From positions 74,590 through 138,589 of the forward strand of contig CAXHJY010001399.1 in the NCBI GenBank assembly GCA_964016885.1: a stretch of DNA of 64,000 nucleotides, written 5' to 3'. This document shows, one piece after another, positions 28,900-41,726 of the stretch. The notes beneath the pieces are model-generated. The model made no database searches. It was not told where the DNA came from and saw only the letters and a list, made by a program, of their open reading frames with translations. Both the position numbers and the translations under genes were made by a program. The stretch is from Eledone cirrhosa. Taxonomy: Eukaryota. Within the stretch, counting starts at the first letter, position 1, and the number at the start of each line of letters is the position of its first letter.

Positions 28900-29200
28900 T
28901 TTTGTGTGAGAGCCAGGGGACAGATGGTTGCGACCATAAGGAAGCAAAAGCTACATTACTTTGGCCATGTCATCGGGGATCAGAAGCTTAGAAAACCACA
29001 CCCCGGAGGGACACATTGATGGTAGGTAGAAAACTGAGAAGAGGAGACCAAGTCGTCGCTGGAGTGATGACATCGGGGAGTGGACGGGAAGAAGGCTGGC
29101 GGAGTGTACGGTTGCAGTGATGGAGAAGTGCTACTGGCGGACATTGGTGTATTTCTTCATGGTCACCCGACCCCTCAGTGATGAGGATGGGAAATGACAA
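28900..29200 (+). mobile_element. RTE-clade LINE ORF C-terminal fragment
   Basis: Hand translation gives IRKQKLHYFGHVI, then after a frameshift EGHIDGR*..RRPSRRWSDDIGEWTG..WRTLV, a typical RTE/BovB-like C-terminus. Confidence 0.8.
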
Positions 29201-29443
29201 CATAAGCGGAACATCCCTAAAGGGAGTTTCAGTGTTGAAGTTGCGAGGATAGTGTCAGTTTGATCTAAGTCTTTCGCCACCCGCCATATTCAGACAGTAC
29301 GACTCCATTTGTGTATATATACACTTCCTGAAGAACGTTGCCCTCGGCCAGTTTTACCTCAACATTTTCTTAACACCCACACACAATTACACCACACATA
29401 CACACTACCTTACATTACACTATAATTACACTACCTCTCTCTC

Positions 29444-29495
<52 letters not shown>

Positions 29496-29788
29496 GATAG
29501 GTAAATATACACGGGTGTGTATGATTGTGTATAGAAGATTATATTAATAAGAGGAATTCCAACTTTGTCTGATTTACTCGTTTTATTTACAATCCTTTAA
29601 AATTTATAATGGTATTATAATGAAATAGTATGATAGAATATTAAATTCTAAGTGTTAATTGAACAAGTACTTTCATGCTTTCGCAATCTTCAGGTTCATA
29701 ATATGTGGTGACAGTCGAGTTTGCAATTTTCAACTGTGGAGAATATTACACAGTTGAAAATTGCAAACTCGACTGTCACCACATATTA

Positions 29789-29827
29789 TGAACCTGAAGA
29801 TTGCGAAAGCATGAAAGTACTTGTTCA
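29789..29827 (+). ncRNA. Minimal type I hammerhead (family C)
   Basis: TGAAC-CTGAAGA-TTGC-GAAA-GCAT-GAAA-GTAC-TT-GTTCA. Mirror copy at 29660-29698(-); third copy at 51669-51707(+). Confidence 0.85.
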
Positions 29828-30231
29828 ATTAACACTTAGAATTTAATATTCTATCATACTATTTCATTATAATACCATTATAAATTTTAAAGGATTGTAA
29901 ATAAAACGAGTAAATCAGACAAAGTTGGAATTCCTCTTATTTTTATATATATATATATATATATATTAATGAGAGGTATAGAGATTGTTTTAGCGAGAAG
30001 CTAATAGTATTCTATAACATATATGGGACTATAACGTCAAGATGGGAAAAATATATATATATATATATAGGAACGAGTAAGACCCCGACGGCTGAACTCA
30101 AGCCGTTTCGACGGCTAAATCTGGACTAATATTAGTCCAGAATTAGCCGTCCTATTACCCACTCTACTACCCTAAGTATTGAGTACTTTGGTGCGTTATG
30201 GTCCACCTGGTTCCTTACCACATTTCCTTCG

Positions 30232-30361
<130 letters not shown>

Positions 30362-30602
30362 GTTAATGTAGTTAAAACAATGACAAGACAAACAACACGG
30401 AAATGCAAAAACATTAAGTCGTATCGGTATCACGTTATGGGAAAGTAGAGGTATATATATATATGTTCTCATTCCTTGTATTTTGATCATGCTTTATTTT
30501 TATTTATTATTTATTATATTTTTGTCTTTATTTGTTAATTTTTCATTCGCACCGTTTCCTTTCGCTATATGTCTCTCCACCACTCCCCTACACACCTTTT
30601 GA

Positions 30603-30640
30603 ACTCTTACCTGAAGAAGGGCTTATGCCCGAAACGTCGT
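30603..30640 (+). ncRNA. Hammerhead core
   Basis: CTGAAGA-AGGGC-TTAT-GCCC-GAAACGTC. The 3' strand of stem I is mostly lost. AATAAA lies downstream, then (TA)n. Confidence 0.65.
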
Positions 30641-30725
30641 CCCCCACCTACCCCCCACTCTCCTGAGCGTGAATCTAATAAACATTTGTCGTACTGCCTC
30701 TCTGTTCTGTCCCTGTTCAATTTTT

Positions 30726-30779
<54 letters not shown>

Positions 30780-30908
30780 GTTATTCCGGGTTGAATCGGA
30801 GGTAACCACAGTAAGTAAGGTACTCAATACATAGCAGAGTATAACAGTTTTAATATAGATGAGATTCTACAGGACTAGAACTGTTTCATTCATTAGAAAT
30901 CATCATTC

Positions 30909-30938
30909 CTGATGATTTCTAATGAATGAAACAGTTCT
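30909..30938 (+). ncRNA. Hammerhead core at centre of fold-back element
   Basis: CTGATGA-TTTC-TAAT-GAAT-GAAAC-AGTTC. The 5' strand of stem I is truncated by the inversion point. Confidence 0.55.
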
Positions 30939-31016
30939 AGTCCTGTAGAATCTCATCTATATATATATATATATATATATATAGTGTGTGTTGTATGTAT
31001 GTGTATTTATAGTGTA

Positions 31017-31078
<62 letters not shown>

Positions 31079-31117
31079 TATATAGTGTGTGTTGTATGTA
31101 TGTGTATATATAGTGTA

Positions 31118-31167
<50 letters not shown>

Positions 31168-31567
31168 TATATAGTGTGTGTTGTATGTATGTGTATATAT
31201 AGTGTATATATGTGTATATATATATATGTATGTGTATATAGTGTGTGAGTATATATATATATGTGTATATAAATGTGTATATATAGTTTAGTGAAGTGTA
31301 GTGTAAACAAATCTCCGCTCGAGATACTCCTGTGCGGTGTTACTACCCCGAGGGTACAGGTGGATGTCAACACACCCCTGTCCTACATTAACACAACACC
31401 TTAGAGTATGAAATAGTCTAGAAACAATTCCTGGCTCTTATCGGTACTTTAAGGGGTCGGTTGGGGGTCGGGGTAAATATGAAGTGGGCACATAACACAA
31501 AGGGCCCAGAGTACAGATTATTTGAGGATTGGTAAATGTCACTGAGATGGTATTATACGGTACTGCA

Positions 31568-32330
31568 TTCTTCTTCTTCTTCTTCTTCTTCTTCTTCTTC
31601 TTCTTCTTTGCCTTCTTCTTCTTCTTCTTCTTCTTCTTCTTCTTCTTCTTCTTCTTCTTCTTCTTCTTTGCCTTCTTCTTTGCCTTCTTCTTTGCCTTCT
31701 TCTTCTTCTTCTTCTTTGCCTTCTTCGCCTTCTTCTTCTTCTTCTTTGCCTTCTTCTTCTTCTTCTTCTTCTTCTTCTTCTTCTTCTTCTTCTTCTTTGC
31801 CTTCTTCTTTGCCTTCTTCTTTGCCTTCTTCTTCTTCTTCTTCTTCTTTGCCTTCTTCGCCTTCTTCTTCTTCTTCTTCTTCTTTGCCTTCTTCTTCTTC
31901 TTCTTCTTCTTCTTCTTCTTCTTCTTTGCCTTCTTCTTCTTCTTCTTCTTCTTTGCCTTCTTCTTTGCCTTCTTCTTTGCCTTCTTCTTTGCCTTCTTCT
32001 TTGCCTTCTTCTTCTTCTTCTTCTTCTTCTTTGCCTTCTTCGCCTTCTTCTTCTTCTTTGCCTTCTTCTTCTTCTTCTTCTTCTTCTTCTTCTTCTTCTT
32101 CTTCTTCTTCTTTGCCTTCTTCTTTGCCTTCTTCTTTGCCTTCTTCTTTGCCTTCTTCTTTGCCTTCTTCTTCTTCTTCTTCTTTGCCTTCTTCGCCTTC
32201 TTCTTCTTCTTTGCCTTCTTCGCCTTCTTCTTCTTCTTCTTCTTCTTTGCCTTCTTCTTCTTCTTCTTCTTCTTCTTCTTCTTTGCCTTCTTCTCCTTTG
32301 CCTTCTTCTTCTTTGCCTTCTTCTTCTTGC
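31568..32330. repeat. (TTC)n tract with TTTGCC interruptions
   Basis: Direct reading. Confidence 0.95.
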
Positions 32331-32611
32331 CACATCATATATGTACGTATGTATACATAAATGTATGTATGTATGTATGTATGTATGTATGTATGTATGT
32401 ATGTATGTATGTATGTATGTATGTATGTATGTATGTATGTATATGTATAGTGTGTAACTCTGTGCTACAAAGCATGTTGTCCGACCCTCTACCGATACTG
32501 CCACACCACCACCCTCAGATTATTAATAATGGTATATCGTGCAATGGCCATACTCGATAACGAGGGGGCAGCCATCATGTATGCATATATGTATGTATGT
32601 ATATATGTTTA

Positions 32612-33222
32612 TGTCAGTTCACCAGTTGGTGCTACTGGTAACATGTATCCCAGTACAACCTGTCCCATGGTCGGGTCGTTGGCGACTAAACTGGCAACCC
32701 CACCAAGGTTTCTTGGTGAGGAGGGTGACTTTGGACATCCTGCAGGACTAAAAACAAAACCTATCAAAGGGCAAAGGAGCTCTTGAGAGTCAATGGCCAT
32801 CCAAAATCACCGGGAGAGATGACCCCTTAGCCTTTGTCAAGGCAGAATTCTAGGAGAAGGAAAACTCTGATATAACACCTGCAACGCTGATGGTACCCAA
32901 TGATGTTGACTTGTTCTTCTTTTTGGTAAATATCATCTTGGTTAAGAGAGTGGGACTGGCTTTGTGCAGTGCCTTTGCTCACTATAAAAGCTTCACGGCA
33001 CAGGCATTGCTTTATATCTGGAGATCTTTCTGCACTTGTCGCCACATGGTATCATGGGCCCAGCTCTATGTGTCAATAATTGTCACAAGTGTAGTGTTTG
33101 TCCCAGGGTTTTCAAGTCGTTGGCTGGACTAAAAAGTCACACTCGTTCAGCGCATCAGTAGGGGTTCTCCTACATGGATATAAAGTAGTGGCCGTACTCG
33201 AAAACGAGTTGGCAGCCACCAT
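32612..33222 (+). mobile_element. Non-autonomous bipartite RTE-like element (5'UTR-like part + 3' end)
   Basis: The 5' part contains CTAGGAGAAGGAAAACTCTGAT, which resembles RTE 5'UTRs. The 3' part encodes [24 protein letters not shown] (C2H2-like) and ends TACTCGAAAACGAG..GGCAGCCACCAT. Confidence 0.6.
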
Positions 33223-33499
33223 ATATGTATGTTTGTATGTATGTATGTATGTATGTATGTATGTATGTATGTATGTATGTATGTATGTATGTATGTATAT
33301 ATGTATGTATGTATGTATATATATATATGTATATATATATGTGTGTATATATATATGTGTGTATATATATGTGTATATATATATATGTGTGTATATATAT
33401 GTGTATATATATATATATGTGTGTATATATATATGTGTGTGTATATATATATATATATGTGTGTGTGTATATATATATATATGTGTATGTATATATATG

Positions 33500-33542
<43 letters not shown>

Positions 33543-33570
33543 GCATATATATATGTATATATATATATGC

Positions 33571-33602
<32 letters not shown>

Positions 33603-33631
33603 GCATATATATATATGTGTGTGTGTATATG

Positions 33632-33662
<31 letters not shown>

Positions 33663-33779
33663 ATATGTATGTATATATATAAATATATATGCATATATAT
33701 GTGTGTATGTATATGCATATATATATGTGTGTATGTATATGTATATATATATATATATGTGTGTGTGTGTATGTATATG

Positions 33780-33826
<47 letters not shown>

Positions 33827-33990
33827 ATAACAATATTTATATTTATATATGTTTGATACAACTATAAATATGGAGGGTAGTACTAAGTACTAGCCGGTTA
33901 CCGGTATGACAAAAGGCTCAATGCAAATTTTGAATCGTTTTACAGAGCCGAGTGTTAAAACGATCAAATTTTAGTTTAGAACATTTATTT

Positions 33991-34035
33991 GCTGACAATT
34001 GTTTCTTCCAGAGGGAAGTCTGGATTCATCGGAGT
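33991..34035 (-). ncRNA. Hammerhead, U4C variant
   Basis: CCGATGA-ATCCAGA/TCTGGAA-GAAAC-AATT-GTC. Confidence 0.6.
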
Positions 34036-34623
34036 ATAGGGAATGTCGAAACATGTTACTAAAATCCTAGTCATTTAGAACATTTAGGGTACATAATTGT
34101 TGTTAGTGTCATAGGTAACATGTGGAGAGTCAGGAGTTAAAAAGATGTTCTGCTTGAAAGAACACAATTACAGGCAGCACTGGTTGGAAGTGTAATAGGT
34201 ATAAGCGAAAAGCACAAGCAAAAAAATACAATCAAAAAAGTTATAAGCAAGGACAATTGGTGTACAATGCATGAGTCAATACAGTCAATAAGGCATGTAT
34301 GAGGAAAGAGTTATAATGCAGTTGAAATAAACATATTTTGTGTGGGGTGTTAAAGCATGTTATAATTGTTATAAATGTTTAAGATAGTGTGCAATTTGTT
34401 ATAGAGGCTTGTGGTGATCACGTAGGTATATGTTACGTGAGGTGTAATGCAAAGCACGTGATAGAGTTGGATATGTGATTTTCATTCAAGTCTTTTTGCG
34501 TTGTAGTTCGTATGTATGTGTGTATGTTGTTTGTAACTCACAGCTATTAACCATGGGATTATTTTGAGTCGTTTATAGTCAATAGGTGTTTGTTTTTTAA
34601 ATGTAAATTCCACCGAATTACTG

Positions 34624-34696
<73 letters not shown>

Positions 34697-34730
34697 AGAT
34701 TTGAATGGATACAGTTTAGTTGAAAGGAAT

Positions 34731-34847
34731 TTATTGACACGTGTTTCTATAACAGTTACATAACCTAAAACAGCTGCTATCTACAAACTTTTAGTTATGC
34801 AGACATTCAATATTTCAATATTATTTACTGTCATTTCATCAGAATAA
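34731..34847 (-). ncRNA. Hammerhead with extended, branched stem II (family D)
   Basis: TTATT-CTGATGA-AATGACAGT..TGCATAACTAAAA/TTTTAGGTTATGTA-ACTGTTATA-GAAAC-ACGT-GTC-AATAA. Confidence 0.75.
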
Positions 34848-35378
34848 TATTACTGAGGACCTATTTAGTTTTTATAGAGAATATTAGGAGGGAGGGGTGA
34901 AGTTGTTAGAAGAATAGTTGAAGGAGTGGTTTTTCGATAGCAGTGAGAATTCTTGGTGGCAGTGAGTAATTAGATTCCCATCTGTTGTTTTGACATTTTT
35001 TATAGAATATATTATTGGTTATTTTTCTAAATCTATAGAAGGATTAGAGATAGTAAAGATATGCGTGGTTGGTTTTGTGTTTGCACTTAATTAACATTCA
35101 GACTTAAATTTTTCTTTCAAGTGTACGTATCCTTTCACCCACGCATTCACAAACAAATATATTTGCATACCTCTACAAAATACATATACTCACAATTCAC
35201 ATATTCATACTTACATATATATACACATGCATACACATATATATACACACATGTATTCATGTACATACATACGCGCTCATGTGTATACATTTTCATACTC
35301 AACTTATCTTCGAGCAAACTCTACGTGAGCTTATAATCTACTGTGTGTAATATTTATATTACAACACAACGGAAAATA

Positions 35379-35413
<35 letters not shown>

Positions 35414-35594
35414 TATATATATATTAGTAATAATAAGCTTGAAAAGTAAAACCCAAAGAGGGCTCTTTAAGGATAAATATATATTAAATATATAAGAACC
35501 GTAGAGCAAATATTTATTAAATAACAGATTAAAGTTTAAGCAAAGAATTGGTGCTTTCACCCTTAACGGGATCTTCTGAAACTAACAAAGTCAG

Positions 35595-35675
<81 letters not shown>

Positions 35676-35677
<2 letters not shown>

Positions 35678-35901
35678 AAGGCGTGTGTCTGAGTGGTTAG
35701 AGAATTGTATTCGCAATCGTAAGGATGTGAGTTCGATTCCTGGACCAGGCGATGCGTTATGTCCTTGAGCAAGACACTTTATTTCACGTTGCTCCTTCTA
35801 CCTGGAGTTGCGACCGATAGATAGTATTAGCAATTGGAAAGACCAACGGAAACATTGTTCCCTCGGTCCGATTTGACAAAAAAAGTCGATCGTTCCTATA
35901 T

Positions 35902-35951
<50 letters not shown>

Positions 35952-36165
35952 AAGGCGTGTGGCCGAGTGGTTAGAGAATTGGATTCCTAATCGTGAGGTT
36001 GTGAGTTCGATTCCCGGACCGGGCGATGCGTTATGTCCTTGAGCAAGACACCTTTATTTCACGTTGCTCCTTCTACCTGGGGTTGCGACCGATAGAGAGT
36101 ACTAGCAATTGGAAAGACCAACGGAACCATTGTTTCCTCGGTCCGATTTGACGAAAGTCGATCGA
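35676..36165 (+). mobile_element. Two SINE family 2 variant copies
   Basis: AAGGCGTGTGGCCGAGTGG..GAGTTCGATTCC..GTCCTTGAGCAAGACAC with a distinct tail (GCGACCGATAG..GACGAAAGTCGATCG). A third copy is at 45246-45463. Confidence 0.8.
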
Positions 36166-36190
36166 TAAAAAAAAAATATATATATATATT

Positions 36191-36241
<51 letters not shown>

Positions 36242-36243
36242 GG

Positions 36244-36297
<54 letters not shown>

Positions 36298-36341
36298 ATA
36301 TTAAACAAATGGAAACTATATTTATATTTATAAAACCATAT

Positions 36342-36409
36342 TTATTTCGTTATATATATTTCTGGGATATCATATTAAAAATATGTTATGCCTTCCTCAG
36401 ACAAAATAA
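36342..36409 (-). ncRNA. Hammerhead motif
   Basis: TTATTTTGT-CTGAGGA-AGG..CATATT/AATATG..CCCA-GAAA-TATATATA-ACGAAATAA. Confidence 0.65.
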
Positions 36410-36486
36410 TATCGTAAACCTACTCCAGAAACTGTTGAGTTGTAACCCAACAATCGTTGTAACCCAACAATCTTAAATAAAACTTT

Positions 36487-36532
<46 letters not shown>

Positions 36533-36663
36533 GATAAATCTACCAAGAGTTTACGGTAGTGTCCAATCCGTATGAAGAACTCAATGTATTCCGGATATCA
36601 TGGAAAGAAGAAATGTAATGAAAAATCACTTTCGGTGAAAGATAAACGGTATACAGAGTCAAG

Positions 36664-37078
36664 ATAAAATATTAAACAAATAATGAATAAACAATGAGAC
36701 AGTTCCTTATATTAAACAAAAAAAGTTCATTATTTAACGATCGTTTCTAGGATATATATGTGTTAGAATTGGCATGCATATTCAACAGATCTATGTACAA
36801 AATTATACAAAATTATACAAACTATCAAGATTAAATATACATACCAACACATATATACGCCGTCTTCAGAAATAATTATTTCTGAAGACGGCGTATATAT
36901 GTGTTGGTATGTATATTTAATCTTGATAGTTTGTATAATTTTGTATAATTTTGTACATAGATCTGTTGAATATGCATGCCAATTCTAACACATATATATC
37001 CTAGAAACGATCGTTAAATAATGAACTTTTTTTGTTTAATATAAGGAACTGTCTCATTGTTTATTCATTATTTGTTTA

Positions 37079-37087
<9 letters not shown>
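36664..37087. repeat. 424-bp apparently perfect palindrome made of two family B hammerheads
   Basis: Centre at 36875/36876 (AAATAA|TTATTT) with no spacer. HHRs at ~36729-36876(-) and ~36875-37022(+). A tail at 36530-36663 is on the left arm only. Confidence 0.9.
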
Positions 37088-37109
<22 letters not shown>

Positions 37110-37295
37110 GGACCAGCAGTACCGCTGGTAGAGGCTAAAACTGCCAAAGTCCTCCTCAACGGCTGATGACCCTGGAGTTCTGTGTATTTCGTTTGTATTT
37201 TTTTTTTTTTTAAATAATCGTTAAAGGTTTTCCTTTTGAAAAAATGTTTTTCGTTTTGCCTTGTTTTCGTTCGTTGTCTTGTTAATTTTTCTAAG

Positions 37296-37371
<76 letters not shown>

Positions 37372-37585
37372 GCTGACATACATATTTATGGCTGACACAC
37401 ATAACAGTCATATCAAGCTGGGATGGCTGTGATCTGGAGTCGACAGCTGAAGAACAGAGTGTCCCGCAGCGAAAGTTGTATGTGAAATACATAATTCATA
37501 TATGTGTGTGTGTGTGTGTGTATATATATATGTATGATACCATCAACACTATACACACAGAGCTGGCATATCTAAGAACTGACTA

Positions 37586-37641
37586 ACTGCCTGATGAGGT
37601 CATAGCCATTCAATGGCTATCATCGAAATATATATAGCAGT
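37586..37641 (+). ncRNA. Minimal hammerhead (family A)
   Basis: ACTGC-CTGATGA-GGTCATAGCCATT/ATGGCTATCATC-GAAA-TATATATA-GCAGT. Confidence 0.8.
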
Positions 37642-37696
37642 AAATAAAGGATTATGAGTTCATGCAATTGACTTGTTTCGTCATTATATATATATA

Positions 37697-37884
37697 GGGC
37701 GGTGGATTGGCAGTATCGGTAGAGGGTCGGACGCCATGCTTTCCAGCATAGTTACGTCCCTTTACGGACCGAGTTCAAATCCCGCCGAGGTTAACTTTGT
37801 CTTTCATCCTTACGGAGTCGATAAAATAAAGTACCAGTAATACACTGGGTAATTGCTGGCCTTGTGACAAAAGTAGAAACAATT
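37697..37884 (+). mobile_element. SINE family 1
   Basis: Full length, GGGCGGTGGATTGGCAGTATCGG..AGAAACAATT. Confidence 0.88.
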
Positions 37885-38436
37885 ATATTAAGACTCTTGT
37901 CTAGTAGCGTGAAGTGACTAATAATACCAGACCCCCCCACTGGACAGGACGCCAGTCCATCGCAGGATTAGACAACCTAGCTGCTGCCTGTACTCATTTT
38001 CAGCTGAGTATAGTGTTTTGAAGTGTTTTGCTCTAGTACACAACAGACAACCCAGCCCAGGAATCGAACCCACGACATTATGATCGTAAGTCCAACACCC
38101 TTACCACCAGACCACTTGCTTCCACCATTATATTAAGGTTAACTCAGAACTTCTGAGTTCCAGATTAGCATACGGAAACATTTAACTGGATAAACTGCAA
38201 ATGATTACCGCCATTCGTATCTTGTAACCCGTCCCCCCCTACCGCTCTGGTAAAGGGCCTGAGTGCTATGGCCCTGAAAATACATTTGCAATCTTATTTT
38301 ACATGTTTTGCTTGGCAAATCTACCTGATTTAGAAGTGTTTTCGTCACGGACCCGTTTGGGCGTTTAAGCGTGGCGGAGCCATTCCTCTCCAGGTGTGAG
38401 AACAGCCGATTATTTCCAGACACAGACAAAAGTATT

Positions 38437-38496
<60 letters not shown>

Positions 38497-38651
38497 GCGC
38501 CGAAACATCGGTTCGGGATACATTTACAGCTGACGATGGAAACTCCTTTCTTCCTTTCTCCTCCTGTTCCGTCCTTACCACCATCCTAAACCTTGTTTTT
38601 AGTAACCACACAGCTCCTTTCGTTTCATAACTTTTTATATATATATATATA

Positions 38652-38930
38652 CTAGCTGATCCCGTGCCGTCAAAAATGTCGGCTAATTGTAATATGTATC
38701 CATAATATAAAAAAGAAATGTTGGTTGGTTGGTTTCTTTTCGCTCACTCACTCACGCAAGTGATACAAACATACAAACAGACCGTCAGTGTGTGTAGCCA
38801 AATCGCTACACATACACACACATCTGTGACGAATCTACGCTGGACGTTTATAGTTTCTCACCCCACTCCTTCCACAGTCATCACATAGATGTGTGTGTAT
38901 GTAATGGTTGTTTTTTGTAAGTGTGTCTGT
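38652..38930 (-). mobile_element. Helitron-like 3' end
   Basis: Minus strand reads GCCGACATTTTTGACGGCACGGGATCAGCTAG^T (hairpin + CTAG). A related sequence lies at ~40060-40250. Confidence 0.45.
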
Positions 38931-38953
38931 TTATATATATATATATATATATA

Positions 38954-39004
<51 letters not shown>

Positions 39005-39065
39005 GATCTTTGTGTGTTTGAAATTCTATTGTCTATGTATCTTTCTAAATAAACACAAACAAATA

Positions 39066-40046
39066 TCTATATATATATATAAAACTGAGGATGTCTGTCT
39101 GTGTGTGTGTGAGTTTGAATCGCTAAAACCCGAGAACCACTCAACCGACTGTTTTCAAACTTTACACATGTAATACTTATGTTTCAGGAAGTGTTCTAAG
39201 CAAAATAAAATTTCAAATTTTCAATGCCCTAGGGACCGCATTAGGCGATTTAGCGATCTCTCTCTATAATTCTTAGTCTTTCTCTTTTTAGATAGATATA
39301 TACATATAACGTCGCACCTTTATAATTGTTTCTACTTTAGGCACAAGGCCAGGAATTAACCAGTGCATTACTGGTACTTTTATTTTATCGACCCCGTAAG
39401 GATGAAAGGCAAAGTCAACCTCAGCGGGATTTGAACTCAGATCGTAAAGGGACGTAACTATGCTGGAAGGCATGGCGTCCGACCCTTTACCGATACTGCC
39501 AATCAACCGCCCTTATAATATCTGTCTGTATGTCTGGCTGTCTGCATTACGTCACTCCCCTGAGGATGTCTGTGTGTGTGTGTGTGAGTTTGAATCCCTA
39601 AAACTCGATAAGTACCCAACCGATTTTTTTGAAACTTTACATGTGTATTACTTATGTTTCAGGGAGTGTTATGCACATAAAATTCAACTTTTTGATCTCC
39701 TAGGGCCCGCATTAGGTGAAAAACTGCGTTTTTAAAGCTTTTTTTTTTTTTTTAGGCGTTACGTCAGACCGATTTCCTTGAAATTGTAACTATGTATTAA
39801 TCAGTCTCTTCTTCATACCGTGAGCAAAGAAAATCCATCTTTTTTATGGCCTAGGGCCCGCATTAGGTGAAAACCTGCATTTTCCCTGCTTCATCGAGGA
39901 AAATCTTAAAGATTATCCAACCATCAGAGTATTCGGTTTATTTTCTTTACATATTGTCCAGGCATGCAGTTTTTCCACAATTAGGTCTGATGGCGGCCCG
40001 CGTTCCAAAATACCTATTCCCGTGCAACGCCGGGTACCACTGCTAG
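39066..40046 (+). mobile_element. Non-autonomous Helitron with nested SINE
   Basis: A^TCTATATATATATAAAA 5' end and CCCGTGCAACGCCGGG..CTAG^T 3' end. Internal duplication ~39083-39250 vs ~39560-39720. Confidence 0.7.
39324..39512 (-). mobile_element. SINE family 1
   Basis: Full length. Confidence 0.85.
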
Positions 40047-40253
40047 TTATATATAAATATAATTTACACAAACACACATATACACAAACACTCACATAAT
40101 CATAACAGCCAATGTGTGTAGCCAATTTGCGATACATATAGACACACAGGTGTAGTAAATATTAGACGCTGCCAGCTCTTCCTTCCTCAGTCGATGTTAT
40201 CACCCCCTCTTTCCTCGGTCATCTCTCCTGCGTTACGGACAAACACACGAGGC

Positions 40254-40287
<34 letters not shown>

Positions 40288-40291
40288 ATAA

Positions 40292-40481
40292 TAATTGTTT
40301 CTATTTTAGGCACAAGGCCAGCAATTATCCAGTACATTACTGGTACTTTATTTTATCGACCCCGTAAGGATGAAAGGCAAAGTTAACCTCGGCGGGATTT
40401 GAACTCAGATCATAAAGGGACGTAACTATGCTTCAAAGCATGGTGTCCGACTCTCTACCGATACTGCCAATCCATTGCCCT
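40292..40481 (-). mobile_element. SINE family 1
   Basis: Full length. Confidence 0.85.
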
Positions 40482-40567
40482 TATATAGTAATAATAATAA
40501 ATGTGAATCCAAAGAGGGCTCGATAAGGGTGAAAGCAGCGATTCTTTGCTTAAACTTTAATCTGTTA

Positions 40568-40655
<88 letters not shown>

Positions 40656-40659
<4 letters not shown>

Positions 40660-41664
40660 CCGTTATATCGCGTGACTATCTCCCCCTCCGCCTTTTGGGA
40701 TTCTTTCTCACGTCGTGTAGACGCGTTCTTGAGACTAGTAAAATGAGGTATCCTCTTGATAAGTCGGCAGACCTCGCAGGGACTCTATATCTTTATGATG
40801 TATTGTTTTTGTTTATGCCACGAAACTACGTAGTCGAGGAATCTAGGAGCAGTTTAGGTATGATACATTTTATTACTAATTATATCTAAATGTTTCTTCT
40901 CTCTTCATAATGTATTTTTAACTCTGATACTGGTTCAGTCTAGTTCAACCGGATTGGTCTGTCCCAGTCATTCATTGAGCAACATCGGTGAAGTTGGCAC
41001 CCTTAACTCACGGTTGGGTGCGGATGCATTCATGTATATGTGTGTGTCCGCATGTATCTGTGTGTTTCTAAATATATTGTTAATAACTCCCTCTGGTCGA
41101 GCAATCTTTGAAGTGTGGGGACTGCTGGAAAGCTTCCATTACACATACTTCTCGCCCCCTTCACCACCTCTTCTACGGCTTCGATATAAATACCCCCTCC
41201 GCCTCCGTGGTATTTTCTTCGGGGTTATAAGAGGCTTAGCTCTGTTTCTCGACCGTTATATCGCGTGACTATCTCCCCCTCCGCCCTTTGAGATTCTTTC
41301 TCACGTCGTGTAGACGCGTTCTTGAGACTAGTAAAATGAGGTATCCTCTTGATAAGTCGGCAGACGTCGCAGGGACTCTATATCTTTATGATGTATTGTT
41401 TTTGTTTATGCCACGAAACTACGTAGTCGAGGAATCTAGGAGCAGTTTAGGTATGATACATTTTATTACTAATTATATCTAAATGTTTCTTCTCTCTTCA
41501 TAATGTATTTTTAACTCTGATACTGGTTCAGTCTAGTTCAACCGGATTGGTCTGTCCCAGTCATTCATTGAGCAACATCGGTGAAGTTGGCACCCTTAAC
41601 TCACGGTTGGGTGCGGATGCATTCATGTATATGTGTGTGTCCGCATGTATCTGTGTGTTTCTAA

Positions 41665-41671
<7 letters not shown>
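40656..41671 (+). mobile_element. Partial tandem (593-bp period) non-coding element with a hammerhead in each repeat; retrozyme/pLTR-like
   Basis: 40656-41078 is nearly identical to 41249-41671. HHRs at 40751-40840 and 41344-41433: TCCTC-TTGATAA-GTCGGCA../..TGCCAC-GAAAC-TACGTA-GTC-GAGGA. Both flanks are (TA)n. Confidence 0.8.

Positions 41672-41721
<50 letters not shown>

Positions 41722-41726
<5 letters not shown>

Noticed and set aside
31529-32560. E/K-rich or S/R-rich ORFs
   Set aside because: (TTC)n tract open in several frames at once; no evidence of an exon.
37443-37485. CTGAAGA..GAAA possible hammerhead
   Set aside because: No convincing stem II, so it was not counted.
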